Origin: an uncultured bacterium
GTDB taxonomy: Bacteria > Muiribacteriota > Ozemobacteria > Ozemobacterales > Ozemobacteraceae
NCBI GenBank assembly: GCA_964428355.1
Contig: CAYRYU010000009.1
Location: 13,043-77,042, forward strand
Direction of reading: 5' to 3'
DNA: 64,000 nt
The translations under genes and the position numbers were made by a program. Below are positions 37,421-48,150 of this stretch, piece after piece (position 1 is the first letter of the stretch; each line of letters opens with the position of its first letter). The notes beneath the pieces are model-generated. The model searched no databases, was not told the origin of the DNA, and saw only the letters and a list, made by a program, of their open reading frames with translations.

Positions 37421-38539
37421 ATGAAGACGCGACGCGTTTTCCTGCTCCTGTTTGTTCTTTTGGGAACAGCCTGGGCGAATGACTTCGAATCATGGTTAGA
37501 AAAGGCGCAAGAGGGGGATGATTGGGCGCAATACCAGGTTGGGTGTTTCTATCTGGGCTGGCGTGGTATCCCAAAAGACGAAAGGAAGGCCGCATTCTGG
37601 CTGGAAAAATCCGCCGCCCAGGGAAATGCCTATGGAATCGAAGCCCTCGCGGATCTCTATCTCGAAGGAGGAAAAAACCTTCCGAAAAACCCCGCGAAAG
37701 CGATGGAGCTTTTCGAAAGCATCCTGAACCTGAGTCCGGAAGATCTTCAAGCACATCCGGACTACGGTCAGCTGATCATTCCGGTCTTGTTCCGGACGGC
37801 AATGGTCTATGCATCGGGGGAGGGAGGAGTTCCGACAAACCCCGGGGAAGCGATCTCACGTCTCAAGAAGGGGGCGTCGCAGGGGGACGCGAGTTCGGCC
37901 TTCTTCCTGGGATTGGCATATCTGAATGGTTTTGGGGGCTGTCGGAGCGACCTGGCTGCGCTATTCGCCTTCCAGGACGCCCAAAAGGGCCGAAGCCTGA
38001 TCAAAACGGGGAGAGACTTCATTCCCCTTTACCTGGGAACGATGTATGCCGAGGGTCGGGGCACCCAGAAAGATGAGCAGAAAGCTCTTGACCTTTGGAT
38101 GAAATCTGCGAAAGAGGGTTTTGTGCCCGCAATGCGTCTCCTGGCGAAAACCTTTCGCGAAGGAAAGCTGACCCAAAAAGACGGTCAGGAGGCGGTCAAA
38201 TACTACACAATGGGAGCGGTCCGGCGGGATCTCGAATCGATGTATTGCCTCGGAGAAATGTACTTTTCCGGGACGGAAATCCACCAGGATTTCGAAGAGG
38301 CAGGTTTCTGGTGGTACAATGGTTTCTTCCTCGAAGACCCGAAATGCACCGCGGCATTCGAGAGTTTGTCGGGTACCCTTGATGAATCAAGCCGGCGAGG
38401 GATAATGACCAGATCCGATAACTGGCGAGCCAAGTGCGAAAAGGAGAAGAGACCCTGGTGGGTCCCAATTCCGGCTCTCGTGCAGGAGGAAGAAAGAGAA
38501 TCCAACCTGGTCCGGATCTTCGGAGGGAAGATCTACTGA
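37421..38539 (+). CDS. Secreted Sel1-like (TPR-family) repeat protein
   Basis: Signal peptide MKTRRVFLLLFVLLGTAWA, GGAGG Shine-Dalgarno. At least five Sel1-type repeats (…A.YYLG.MY..G.GV..D..KA..W..KAA.QG…). Confidence 0.8.
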   Translation: MKTRRVFLLLFVLLGTAWANDFESWLEKAQEGDDWAQYQVGCFYLGWRGIPKDERKAAFWLEKSAAQGNAYGIEALADLYLEGGKNLPKNPAKAMELFESILNLSPEDLQAHPDYGQLIIPVLFRTAMVYASGEGGVPTNPGEAISRLKKGASQGDASSAFFLGLAYLNGFGGCRSDLAALFAFQDAQKGRSLIKTGRDFIPLYLGTMYAEGRGTQKDEQKALDLWMKSAKEGFVPAMRLLAKTFREGKLTQKDGQEAVKYYTMGAVRRDLESMYCLGEMYFSGTEIHQDFEEAGFWWYNGFFLEDPKCTAAFESLSGTLDESSRRGIMTRSDNWRAKCEKEKRPWWVPIPALVQEEERESNLVRIFGGKIY

Positions 38540-39088
38540 AAATCCCGGTCTCGGGGAGGCCACACTCTCCATTCGGATGTTGGCCGCCATCCCGCGGCCG
38601 GTAGGTTCTTTTCAGTTGCCCTTGTTTTCGAGACAATCGGGAGCATGCTCCCCAAACGAAGCGCCCCAAGTCCCATCCAGACCGGACAAGAGGGCTCTTT
38701 CCCCCCCTCCCTTGGCAAACGATGAGGGAAGAGCCCCGGGAAGCTTGATTCCTCGCAGTCCAAAAGGCTTCTTCTTCCGGAAGGCGGCGGAATTCTGGAG
38801 AGCAGGATGCAAAGCGGGGACGCATTCGGATTCAGAAGGTTCGCGCACCTGTGCCGTTCGTTGAAGGACCTTCCGACTGCAACATGTCTCCCTTCATCTC
38901 GTCAGATTCGGAACGAAACCTTGAAACCGCCGTTTCCGCAATTCCCGAATCGAACCCGGTCTGGGGGAACCATCCTCCCGTTCCCCTGTAAGGACGAACG
39001 ATTATGGTATCATTCCTGAAGATGGAAGGTACCCCTTCGAGAGGGTGAGACCCCGGGGATGCTAATCATCCCAAGCTGAGGAGGAACC

Positions 39089-42000
39089 ATGCGCAAGAGC
39101 CTTTTCGTCCTGATCTTCATCATTTCCGCCACCCTTCTTTTCCTCCAGGTGGGATGCAGGTTTTTCGGCCTTGGAACGGTCGACCAGGAGATTGCCCTTT
39201 CCCCCGAAAGCCTTGCCCGTGAGGACGGACACGCGCGGGTTTCATTCAAGATCGTCCTGCCTGGGGCTCCGAAGAATTCCCCCAGCCCCGCGGTCCGCGC
39301 TTCGGCCGGAACGGCCTCGATCACCTTCCGACTGACCCTTCTCGACGCAGGAAATCCTCTCGCTTCCCCAACCACCCTTGTAAAGTGGGCGCTGGTAGAC
39401 TCTTCGGGAACCGCCAGCATCGTTTTTTCCGATCTGCCTATCCGAACAGTGGTCGGGGAAATGATCGTGTTCGGAGGTTCGATCGGAGGCCGAACGAACT
39501 TCCACGGAGGCGCGGACCTCATCGACGGAGACAACGAAATCGAACTGAGTCCCCAGGGTTCCGGCCATCGTTCGGACGTCCTGGCCCAGGTCATCCTCCA
39601 GATCGCGGCGATTCCGGAGATGCTGATCCGGCTTCCACACAACCTGGCTGCCTCAGTCATGAATGCCGGCGCAGGTTATCTTGACCCTGGAACGAACATG
39701 CTGACAGCTTCTCCGACCGCGGGCCTCTTTACCGAGATCGTCGACCGCGTACTCACGGCGGGGGTTTCAGCACCCACCTACACCCGGATCGCCATGTCCG
39801 ACGGTGGAATGTCCATCCAGGGCAGCGGACCGGCAACCTGGACCAGGGCGACCTCCCAGATCTGGGGGGGAACGCCGCACGCAGTCGAGTTCTTCCGCGC
39901 CACCCGGATCCTTCGCCACGGTTTCGGGGGATTCGGGTACGTTCTTTGGGAAAGCGGCGCGGGTAACCGGTTCGGCCTCACGCGGATCGACTCCTCGACC
40001 GGGGACCTCCTCAACTACCTTGTCCTGGATGGCTCTCCCGGCCCCTGCGCCCCGATGCCCGATGACGGGCTACTGATCGGGGGGAGCATGGACTCCCTCC
40101 CGCTTCTGGTCCGCTGGACCGGACGTGAAAACGCATTTCTGACTCCCTCCTCTCTTTCTTCATTCTCAAAAGCATGGGCCCATTCGTTTTCGGAAGTGAA
40201 ACCGGACGTGAAGATCCCCGAGCCGGGGGTGGATTTCCTGCTTTTCCAGCCCGGGTCCGAACGAATCTACTGCGGGGTCTGTGATCCCAGGACTGGTCAG
40301 ACCAGGCATTTTGCGGTCGACCCCTCGAACGGGAAACCGGATCCCGAGGAAAGTCATGGAATCCCCATCTGGGCGACCCCCTCGGACCGTGAAGTAATCG
40401 TCTTCTGGGAAACGGGGGCCGGGGTCGTTTCCAGCAACCTCTACTGGGCAACCCAACCATTCGACCTTCCTTCCCCACTGGCGACAAAGGTCGATGGAGC
40501 CGTTTCCCCCTTCCATCACCAGGGACTCGACAACGGAAGGGCATACTACTACCGTGTCACCACGATCGATGGAGGGGGTCTCGAGTCAGCTCCCTCGTCA
40601 ACAGTAACATCGGTCCCCGGGGACAACACGCCCCCCATCGTCACAGAAGTATTCCCGGCCGAGAACGCCTTGGAAGTCCCTGTGGAAACCACCATCGGGG
40701 TCATTTTCAGCGAATCCATGGACGGGGCGACCCTTGTCCCGGGAAGCATAACCCTTTGCAGCGGAACCGCATGCATCCCTGGCAATGTGACATTCGGGCC
40801 GGGAGCCACCAACGCCACCTTCACTCCCGACGCGGCACTGGCCTACAACACCACCTATACCGCCACCATCGGCCTTGGAGTCAAGGATCTCGCGGGGAAT
40901 CCCCCTGCTGCCGAAAAGTCCTGGAGCTTCACGACCCGCAACGTTCCCGATACAACACCCCCGATCGTGGTTTCCATGACTCCCGCTTCGGGGGCGGGAG
41001 GAATATCGACCGGGACATCGGTTACCATGGGTTTCAGCGAGCCGATGGACCCCTCTTCACTTTCCACCTCGACGATTTTCCTGGCAAGCGGGACAAAGGT
41101 CTTTCAGGGCCTCATAACCGTCAGCCCCGACCTAACGGTCGCGACCCTCACCCTGGAGTTTCCCCTCGCATATTCCGCACAATACAGGATGACGGTAAAG
41201 GGAACGGTCGCGGACATTGCTGGGAACCAGATGGGATCAGACCATTCCTGGATTTTCTCCACCGTCCCAGCCCCCGACACCGTTCCACCAGTGATCACGA
41301 CGATCGATCCGCCCGAAAACGCGATCGAAGTCGGAATCGGAAAGGTGATCACGGTCGGTTTCAGCGAGCCGATGGATGCCTCGACCCTGGTACCCGGCAA
41401 CCTCTCCCTTGCAAGCGGGTCCACCGAACTCGATGGGACCGTGAGCGTAAGCCCGGACCTTTCCACAGCCACTTTCACCCCAGCGGCACCCCTCGAAACC
41501 GGAACAACCTACACCTTTACCGTCGGAAGTTCCGCCAGGGATCTCGCCGGCAACGGGCTTTCACAACCCCGGAAATGGAACTTCACGACATCGGCCGATC
41601 CCGATACCACACCCCCCACTATCGTTTCAGTTTTCCCTGAAGAGAACTCGATCGATTTTCCGGCAACAGGGGTGATCGCTGTCCGCTTCAACGAACCTAT
41701 CGAGGCCCCTTCGCTTTCCTCCGGAACCTTCATCGTCTCCGATGGAGCGAGCCCTGTCCCGGGCGCAATCCTTCTCGGTCCCGACCGGACGATGGCTACC
41801 TTCACACCCACAAGCCCCCTTCCATCGGGAAGACAACTTTCGGTCACAGTCACGACGGGTGTTAAGGACTCTTCCGGAAATGCGCTTTCAAAGGAGAAAA
41901 CCTGGACATTCACGACGATCCATGCCTCGGATACCACCCCCCCGACGGTCGTTTCCGTCTCTCCCCTCGAGAACTCGACAGGAATCGGCACCCAGAGTCT

Positions 42001-45000
42001 GCTCATCATCTCTTTTAGCGAGGCTCTGGAACCTTCCTCGGTATCCACGATTTCGGTGATTCTCTCCAGCGGCGCAACCGGAATCGACGGGGCGGTAACC
42101 CTGGCCTCCGGCGGAACCCTCGTGACCTTCGTTCCTGCCGCCCCCCTCGCATATTCGGTTCAGTATTCCGCGAGAGTGAAGTCCGGGATCCGGGATCTGG
42201 CAGGGAACCATCTGGAGGCTGAAAAAACCTGGGACTTTACGACCATCGCAGTTTCCGACACGACCCCGCCCACGGTGGTGGAGGTCTTCCCCTCCGAGAA
42301 CGCGGTCCTCGTTTCGACGGGAACGGTTGTTTCCGTAACGTTCAACGAACCGATGGACCTTTCCACCCTCTCGACGGAGACCGTGACCCTTTCCAGCGGT
42401 TCCATCCCGGTCGCGGGAACGTTGTCCTTCAGCGGGGACAGGATGACGGCAACCTTCACCCCGTCCGCTTCGCTCGCAGCTGAAACCAACTTTACCGCTA
42501 CCGTGAAAACCGGCGTCAAGGACGAAGCGGGAAATTCCATCCAAGCGGTGAAATCCTGGACTTTCACCACCGCTCCGGTTCCCGACACAACTGCCCCGAC
42601 GGTTCTTTCGGTCGATCCCGCGGAGAATTCCACCGATCAGGGAATCGGCCGGGTGATCACTGTTTGCTTTTCGGAGCCCATGGACCAGACGACGATATCC
42701 ACATCGACTTTCAGCCTGGCGAGCGGTTCGGTCCCGGTTGCCGGAACGATCACGATCGGCACCGACGGAGCCTGCGCCACGTTCACCCCAGACCTGCCTT
42801 TGGAATACGGCTCGGCCTATACGGCATCGGTCACGACTGGAGTCCGTGACCTCGCAGGGAACCCACTCCAGGCATCCAAGGTGTGGTCCTTCACGACCTC
42901 GACCGTGACGGACACCACCCCGCCCGTGGTTGTTTCGGTTCTTCCGTCGGAATCCGCCGAAGGATGCGAGATCGGAACGAAGCTGACGATCACGTTCAGC
43001 GAAGGAATGGATCCCACGTCGATCTCATCCGCCAGCATCACCCTTGCGAGCGGAACCACCGATATCCCGGGAACGCTTTCCATCAGCCCGGACCGGACGA
43101 TCGCCACCTTCAGCCCGGATTCCCCGCTGGATTACGTCACAACCTACACTGCCACCGTGAAAACTACCGCCCGTGATGTGGCGGGAAACCCGCTGGCCGC
43201 AGAAAAAGCATGGAACTTCACCACCAGGACCCCGGATCTGGCACCCCCCACGGTGGTCTGGGTCCTTCCAGCGGAAAATGCGGTCGGAGTGGCCACCCAG
43301 ACCGCGCTGTGCATCAGCTTCAGTGAAGCGATGGACCCCACCTCGCTTTCAACGGCAACCATCAGCCTTTCCAGCGGGGTTCAGGGAATCGAAGGCTCGG
43401 TAACCGTTTCGCCGGATGGGACCATGGCCACCTTTACCCTGCTCGCCGCGCTCGATTACTCGTCGACCCTTTCTGCCGCAATCGGGACGGGAGCCAGGGA
43501 TCTTGCAGGGAACCCCCTCTCCGCCCCGAAAGCATGGGTTTTCAGCACGATGCCCGCCCCCGACACGATTCCGCCCTCGGTCACCTCGGTGGCTCCGGCA
43601 AGCGGCGCGATGGATGTCCCCCTTTCATCCGCCCTCTTCATGGAATTCAGCGAACCCATCGCGTCCTCTTCCCTCGCCTCGGCGGTTTCACTCGTAAGGG
43701 TTTCCGACGGTATGCCGGTGCCGCTCGATCAGCCGACATTCGGTTCAGGATATCTCCTTGCGACGATCACAATTGGAGAAGAGCTCATCCGTTCGAAGGA
43801 ATACGAGATAAGGGTTTCGGGCCTCCGCGACCTCGCGGGAAATTCCCAGACCCTGGATTTCGTCAGTCGTTTCGATACCGTCAACGACCGGTTCGAGGAC
43901 AACGGGACGGCTTCCACCGCAGCAACGCTCGTGGGAACGCTGGGAGATCTTTCTATCAAGCCCGCTGGGGAATTCGACTGGTTCAGGCTCACTCTGGCAA
44001 CGCATTCGGGCCTCGTCATCGAAACCGACGGCGAGGGTGGAGGGGATTCCTTGCTGGCCCTCTATTCGGATCCTTACTCATCCCCGGTCGCTTACGATGA
44101 CGACGGGGGACCGGGCAACTACTCCCGGATCAGCCTTTCCTACCTGGCGAAGGGAACCTACTTCGTTAAGGTCTGGTGCTATTCTTCCTCGGCCGAAATC
44201 GCGAGCTACCAGGTCTCCCTGACGACTTCGGTCCATCTCCCGACCGTGGATTCGACCGTCCCCGCTAGCGGGGCAACCGGTTTCCCGGCCACCTCGCCGG
44301 TTACGATAACCTTCGTCGAGCCGATGGATCCTTCTTCAATCATCCCTGCGAACATCACCCTCTCTTCGGGAACCGCAGACCTGCCGGGAACGATTACGTT
44401 GGCCCCCGACAATCGAACCGCCACCTTCACCCCGACTTCTATGCTTCCGAGTCTTTCGCTGATCACGCTGAAAATCGGAACCGGGGTCAAGGACGAGGAA
44501 GGGAACGCCCTCGCTTCAGACGACATCCGAACCTTCACCACCGCCGCACCGGATTCCACGGGCCCCGCTGTCGTGGAAACAACTCCTGGAAGCGGCTCGA
44601 CCGGAATATTCCTCGATTCATCGCTCACGATTGGGTTCAGCGAATCCATGGATGCGTCGACCATTGCACCAGGGGTGACACTTGTCCGGGTTTCCGACAG
44701 CAGCCCGGTCCTCCTTTCGGATCCGGTTTTCAACGGATCGAAAACCGTCGCCACCTTGACTCCGGCCACCGCCCTCGCCGGGTCGACCGAATACGAGGCG
44801 CGGATTTCCGGATGCAAGGACCAATCAGGTCTTTCCCTGGCTTCCGATTCGGTCTGGCGTTTCACGACCATGCCGCAATACGATCCCCTCGAACCGAACG
44901 ATACCTGGTCCAGAAGCGCATCCATCACGGGGACGATCGGAAGTCTTTCCATGCAACCCGCGGGGGATTATGACTGGTTCAGGTTTGACGTGGACTCGAT

Positions 45001-47194
45001 ATCCCACGTGGTGCTCGAGACTGCGGGAACACCCGGTGGGGACACCGTCCTGACTCTCTTCTCGGATCCGCTCGGAACTTCCATCTTCGAAAACGACGAT
45101 AACGGAGCCAACGCGTATTCCAGGATCGATCTGGCGGAACTCGAGGCCGGGACTTTCTATGCGAGGGTGCGATGCTTCAGTTCCTCCGCCCAGATCTCAA
45201 GCTACCAGCTCGCGCTGTCCGTGGCCTCCAATCCGCCCCGCATCGTCACGGCAATCCCGGCGAGCGGGTCGACCGACGTCGCGGCGACTTCGGCGGTAAC
45301 AATCACTTTCAGCGAACCGATGAATCCCCTGACGTTGACCACCACGAACATCGTCCTGAAACAAGGCGGAACGGACATTCCGGGCGCAATCAGCGTCGGG
45401 AACGGAAACCGGACAGCCACTTTCACCCCGGATTCCCCTCTTCCCCACACCGCGACATTCACGGTCACCGTCAAGACCGGAGTCGAGGATGCGGAAGGGA
45501 CGGCGATGGCTTCGGAAACGACATGGGACTTCTCGACCCCGGATCAGACTCCTCCATCAATCGTGTCAGTTTCACCAGCCGAGAACGCTTCCGGAATCCT
45601 CGCGAAGACCTCCGTCGGAGTCGTCTTCAGCGAACCGATGGACGCGAGCACCCTGAGCACTTCGAATTTCGCACTCGCAAGCGGAACGACCGGCATCAGC
45701 GGGACCATTGCATTCGGAGTCGATCGAACGACAGCGACATTCACCCCGGCTTCACCCCTTCCCTACCAGGCAATAATTACTGCCACGGTGAAAACCGGTG
45801 TGAAGGATAATTCAGGAAACCATCTCCAGGCGGAAAAAACCTGGGACTTCTCTACGGCTTCCGCCGACAACGAACCGCCGCTTCTGCTTTTCCTGAACCC
45901 TGCTTCAGGGTCCATGAATATCGCTTCGAATGTCGTCATCGGAATCGTCTTCGACGAACCGGTTGCGACATCGACGTTGAACGGAACGAACATCATCGTA
46001 TCGAGCGGAGGAACGAACATTCCCGGGACAATAACCTTCACGGGGAACGGTATGAACGCTACGTTCACGCCCGCCGGCCCCCTGCCATACGCCACCATTT
46101 CGGTAACCATAGGTACCGGGGTGACGGACCTGAACGGAAACCCCATGGCGGAGCAACAGAGCTGTGGATTGATGGTCATACCCAGGTTCGTCGCCGTGGA
46201 TGGAGGGCTCAACCATGCAATATTCCTGATGGAAGACGGCACCGTCTGGACCGTCGGAGACAACAACTGTGGACAACTCGGAATGAGCGGCCTGACGATC
46301 ACGCGGACCCAGCTGGTGAAAGCATACATCGACGATGCGATTGCCGTATCCGCCGGGGAATACGCTTCTTACGCCATCAAATCGGACGGAACCCTATGGG
46401 CCTGGGGAGACAATCAGTCCGGCTGCATAGGAACCAGCCCCTATGAATTCGTTCCAACACCCCTGCAAGTGGGCTTGTCAAACGTCAGGCAGGTTTATTC
46501 CGGAGGTGGGAAGCACGTGTTGGCCGTTCTTCAGGATGGAACCGTCTGGTCCTGGGGAGAGAACTCCTATGGACAACTTGGCGATGGAACGCTACTTCCA
46601 CACGGCACCCCGGAACAGGTGATCAACCTAACCGATGTGGTCGCTGTTTCCGCGGCAGGCGATTTGTTTTCGGCGGTGTCGTTCGCATTGAAAAGTGACG
46701 GAACGGTCTGGTCCTGGGGCCTGGGGGTCGCCACTCCCACCCAGAACGCAAGCCTCTCGGGAATCGTTTCCATAGTCGCTTCTTATAAAGCCTCGGGCGG
46801 GGTATATGCCCTGAAAAGTGACGGGACAGTCCTGGATGGCTCGGGAGCTTCCCTGGGAATTTCCCCGATAAGATCGATTTCCAGTGACCGCACATCGTTC
46901 GGAGATCACGTCATCGCCCTCAAGCCCGATGGGACCCTTATGGGAATGGGGAGCAACTCATGGGGGCAGTTGGCCGATAATCCCGGAGCAAGTTCGTTCT
47001 TCCCCATCAATTCGATTTCCGATATCGGGATAATCGGGTGTGGTGATTCCCGAAGTTACTGCATCGACAAGAATGGACTTGGATGGGGGTTTGGCGAAAA
47101 CGGGTATGGTGAACTGGGCATCGGAAACAAGGTCGATACTGGGACCCCAACCATGATCGTCTGGCCGTCATATTTTTACATCCACGGGAATTAG
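39089..47194 (+). CDS. Giant (2701-aa) secreted adhesin-like protein: signal peptide, N-terminal region with an FN3-like module, ~15 tandem Big_5/SbsA Ig-like repeats, two PPC (pre-peptidase C-terminal) domains and a C-terminal RCC1-type beta-propeller
   Basis: GAGGAGG Shine-Dalgarno plus ATG 39089. Repeats of DTTPPTVVSV.P.EN……I.FSEPMD.S.LS……L.SG….PGT….D..TATFTP…L….YTATVK.GVKD.AGN.L…K.W.FTT. PPC motifs (EPNDT…G.I….GDYDWFRF…LyD……DD.G……AGTYYv.V). RCC1 repeats (…DGTVWSWG.N.YGQLG.G…) at aa ~2385–2701. Confidence 0.85.
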   Translation: MRKSLFVLIFIISATLLFLQVGCRFFGLGTVDQEIALSPESLAREDGHARVSFKIVLPGAPKNSPSPAVRASAGTASITFRLTLLDAGNPLASPTTLVKWALVDSSGTASIVFSDLPIRTVVGEMIVFGGSIGGRTNFHGGADLIDGDNEIELSPQGSGHRSDVLAQVILQIAAIPEMLIRLPHNLAASVMNAGAGYLDPGTNMLTASPTAGLFTEIVDRVLTAGVSAPTYTRIAMSDGGMSIQGSGPATWTRATSQIWGGTPHAVEFFRATRILRHGFGGFGYVLWESGAGNRFGLTRIDSSTGDLLNYLVLDGSPGPCAPMPDDGLLIGGSMDSLPLLVRWTGRENAFLTPSSLSSFSKAWAHSFSEVKPDVKIPEPGVDFLLFQPGSERIYCGVCDPRTGQTRHFAVDPSNGKPDPEESHGIPIWATPSDREVIVFWETGAGVVSSNLYWATQPFDLPSPLATKVDGAVSPFHHQGLDNGRAYYYRVTTIDGGGLESAPSSTVTSVPGDNTPPIVTEVFPAENALEVPVETTIGVIFSESMDGATLVPGSITLCSGTACIPGNVTFGPGATNATFTPDAALAYNTTYTATIGLGVKDLAGNPPAAEKSWSFTTRNVPDTTPPIVVSMTPASGAGGISTGTSVTMGFSEPMDPSSLSTSTIFLASGTKVFQGLITVSPDLTVATLTLEFPLAYSAQYRMTVKGTVADIAGNQMGSDHSWIFSTVPAPDTVPPVITTIDPPENAIEVGIGKVITVGFSEPMDASTLVPGNLSLASGSTELDGTVSVSPDLSTATFTPAAPLETGTTYTFTVGSSARDLAGNGLSQPRKWNFTTSADPDTTPPTIVSVFPEENSIDFPATGVIAVRFNEPIEAPSLSSGTFIVSDGASPVPGAILLGPDRTMATFTPTSPLPSGRQLSVTVTTGVKDSSGNALSKEKTWTFTTIHASDTTPPTVVSVSPLENSTGIGTQSLLIISFSEALEPSSVSTISVILSSGATGIDGAVTLASGGTLVTFVPAAPLAYSVQYSARVKSGIRDLAGNHLEAEKTWDFTTIAVSDTTPPTVVEVFPSENAVLVSTGTVVSVTFNEPMDLSTLSTETVTLSSGSIPVAGTLSFSGDRMTATFTPSASLAAETNFTATVKTGVKDEAGNSIQAVKSWTFTTAPVPDTTAPTVLSVDPAENSTDQGIGRVITVCFSEPMDQTTISTSTFSLASGSVPVAGTITIGTDGACATFTPDLPLEYGSAYTASVTTGVRDLAGNPLQASKVWSFTTSTVTDTTPPVVVSVLPSESAEGCEIGTKLTITFSEGMDPTSISSASITLASGTTDIPGTLSISPDRTIATFSPDSPLDYVTTYTATVKTTARDVAGNPLAAEKAWNFTTRTPDLAPPTVVWVLPAENAVGVATQTALCISFSEAMDPTSLSTATISLSSGVQGIEGSVTVSPDGTMATFTLLAALDYSSTLSAAIGTGARDLAGNPLSAPKAWVFSTMPAPDTIPPSVTSVAPASGAMDVPLSSALFMEFSEPIASSSLASAVSLVRVSDGMPVPLDQPTFGSGYLLATITIGEELIRSKEYEIRVSGLRDLAGNSQTLDFVSRFDTVNDRFEDNGTASTAATLVGTLGDLSIKPAGEFDWFRLTLATHSGLVIETDGEGGGDSLLALYSDPYSSPVAYDDDGGPGNYSRISLSYLAKGTYFVKVWCYSSSAEIASYQVSLTTSVHLPTVDSTVPASGATGFPATSPVTITFVEPMDPSSIIPANITLSSGTADLPGTITLAPDNRTATFTPTSMLPSLSLITLKIGTGVKDEEGNALASDDIRTFTTAAPDSTGPAVVETTPGSGSTGIFLDSSLTIGFSESMDASTIAPGVTLVRVSDSSPVLLSDPVFNGSKTVATLTPATALAGSTEYEARISGCKDQSGLSLASDSVWRFTTMPQYDPLEPNDTWSRSASITGTIGSLSMQPAGDYDWFRFDVDSISHVVLETAGTPGGDTVLTLFSDPLGTSIFENDDNGANAYSRIDLAELEAGTFYARVRCFSSSAQISSYQLALSVASNPPRIVTAIPASGSTDVAATSAVTITFSEPMNPLTLTTTNIVLKQGGTDIPGAISVGNGNRTATFTPDSPLPHTATFTVTVKTGVEDAEGTAMASETTWDFSTPDQTPPSIVSVSPAENASGILAKTSVGVVFSEPMDASTLSTSNFALASGTTGISGTIAFGVDRTTATFTPASPLPYQAIITATVKTGVKDNSGNHLQAEKTWDFSTASADNEPPLLLFLNPASGSMNIASNVVIGIVFDEPVATSTLNGTNIIVSSGGTNIPGTITFTGNGMNATFTPAGPLPYATISVTIGTGVTDLNGNPMAEQQSCGLMVIPRFVAVDGGLNHAIFLMEDGTVWTVGDNNCGQLGMSGLTITRTQLVKAYIDDAIAVSAGEYASYAIKSDGTLWAWGDNQSGCIGTSPYEFVPTPLQVGLSNVRQVYSGGGKHVLAVLQDGTVWSWGENSYGQLGDGTLLPHGTPEQVINLTDVVAVSAAGDLFSAVSFALKSDGTVWSWGLGVATPTQNASLSGIVSIVASYKASGGVYALKSDGTVLDGSGASLGISPIRSISSDRTSFGDHVIALKPDGTLMGMGSNSWGQLADNPGASSFFPINSISDIGIIGCGDSRSYCIDKNGLGWGFGENGYGELGIGNKVDTGTPTMIVWPSYFYIHGN
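40650..46200 (+). repeat. Intragenic tandem array of ~300-bp units encoding Ig-like (Big_5) domains, interrupted by two PPC-domain inserts
   Basis: About 15 protein-level repeats are visible. The DNA units are diverged but recognisable (…gataccaccccccc…gtttc…ttcagcgagccgatgga…). Boundaries are approximate. Confidence 0.7.
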
Positions 47195-47327
47195 GCGGAA
47201 GCCCTCAAAGGAAGGCGGACTCACGGGAGTTCCCAAAAACGGTTGCATATCCCGGGGGTTTGGGAGACAATTTGACCCTCAATACGGGTCGGGGATTCAC
47301 CCTCTCCCGAAAAATCAGGAGATATTC

Positions 47328-48140
47328 ATGAAACCTTCGGTTGTACTGTCGCTGCTTTTCGTCCTGACAATCGGGCTTATGCCGGTTCTCGCGGACGGGG
47401 GAATGGAAAGACCCCTGACGGAACAGGAAAAGACCTTCTTCCAGTCGGCCTACCAGGCCGGGGTCGGTTTCTTGCCCCCAGCCCCCGCCGGTTGGAACAA
47501 GGATGTCGAGGAGATCTCCATCCCCTCGCGGTTGAGCCAGGGTGTGGAGCCACCTCCCTTGCCCATGACCATCCGGTGCGAATATGCAAAGCCCATGGAT
47601 CAATCGAAAGCCTTCGATATGGCCAACAACGCAGGTTCCATGGAAGCGCTTGGCGAAACCGTCAACAAGCTGAGCGAGCAGCTGCAAGCCGCCGCGGCCA
47701 AAGGCGACCAGAAGGAAATGGCCCGGCTCCAGGAAGAGATGCAAAAGGCGGTAACCGGAAACGCGGGAGTCCAGAAAGCCCAGGCAATTGCCAAGGAAAA
47801 CGAGCTGAACAACGCCCATATCTCCATCGATTTCAACGCGAACGGGGTGGATTATTCCCAGGTCAAAGAGATACCCGCTCCCGCACCCGCCTTCGGGGCA
47901 ATCCGGATGGACCAATCCACCAACCCACAATTGTCGGGGAATGGAACCACATGGGTTTTCCTGGGACCGTTTTCCAAGAAGGGCTCGGGAGACTCTTTCC
48001 AGATCTACACCACCAGTAAGTCCGGCAAGGGAACCGACATAACCCGGATCATCATCCAGATAAGGGCCGACGGCAAGGTCGCGGATGACCTCCTGGCAAA
48101 AATGGACCTGAAGGGTCTTGCTGGGCTGATAAAGCAATGA
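47328..48140 (+). CDS. Hypothetical secreted protein (signal peptide, Ala/Gln-rich coiled-coil-like middle region)
   Basis: 270 aa. AGGAG Shine-Dalgarno, MKPSVVLSLLFVLTIGLMPVLA signal. No recognised family. Confidence 0.6.
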   Translation: MKPSVVLSLLFVLTIGLMPVLADGGMERPLTEQEKTFFQSAYQAGVGFLPPAPAGWNKDVEEISIPSRLSQGVEPPPLPMTIRCEYAKPMDQSKAFDMANNAGSMEALGETVNKLSEQLQAAAAKGDQKEMARLQEEMQKAVTGNAGVQKAQAIAKENELNNAHISIDFNANGVDYSQVKEIPAPAPAFGAIRMDQSTNPQLSGNGTTWVFLGPFSKKGSGDSFQIYTTSKSGKGTDITRIIIQIRADGKVADDLLAKMDLKGLAGLIKQ

Positions 48141-48150
48141 TGCCGAGGAA

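Noticed and set aside
38881-38975. Possible tRNA or structured RNA (ccgaatcgaacccgg, resembling a T-arm on the minus strand) in the long leader before the giant adhesin gene
   Set aside because: The T-loop-like motif would sit at the wrong (5') end for a minus-strand tRNA, and its stem does not pair (CCGGG versus CGGGA). No cloverleaf can be drawn.
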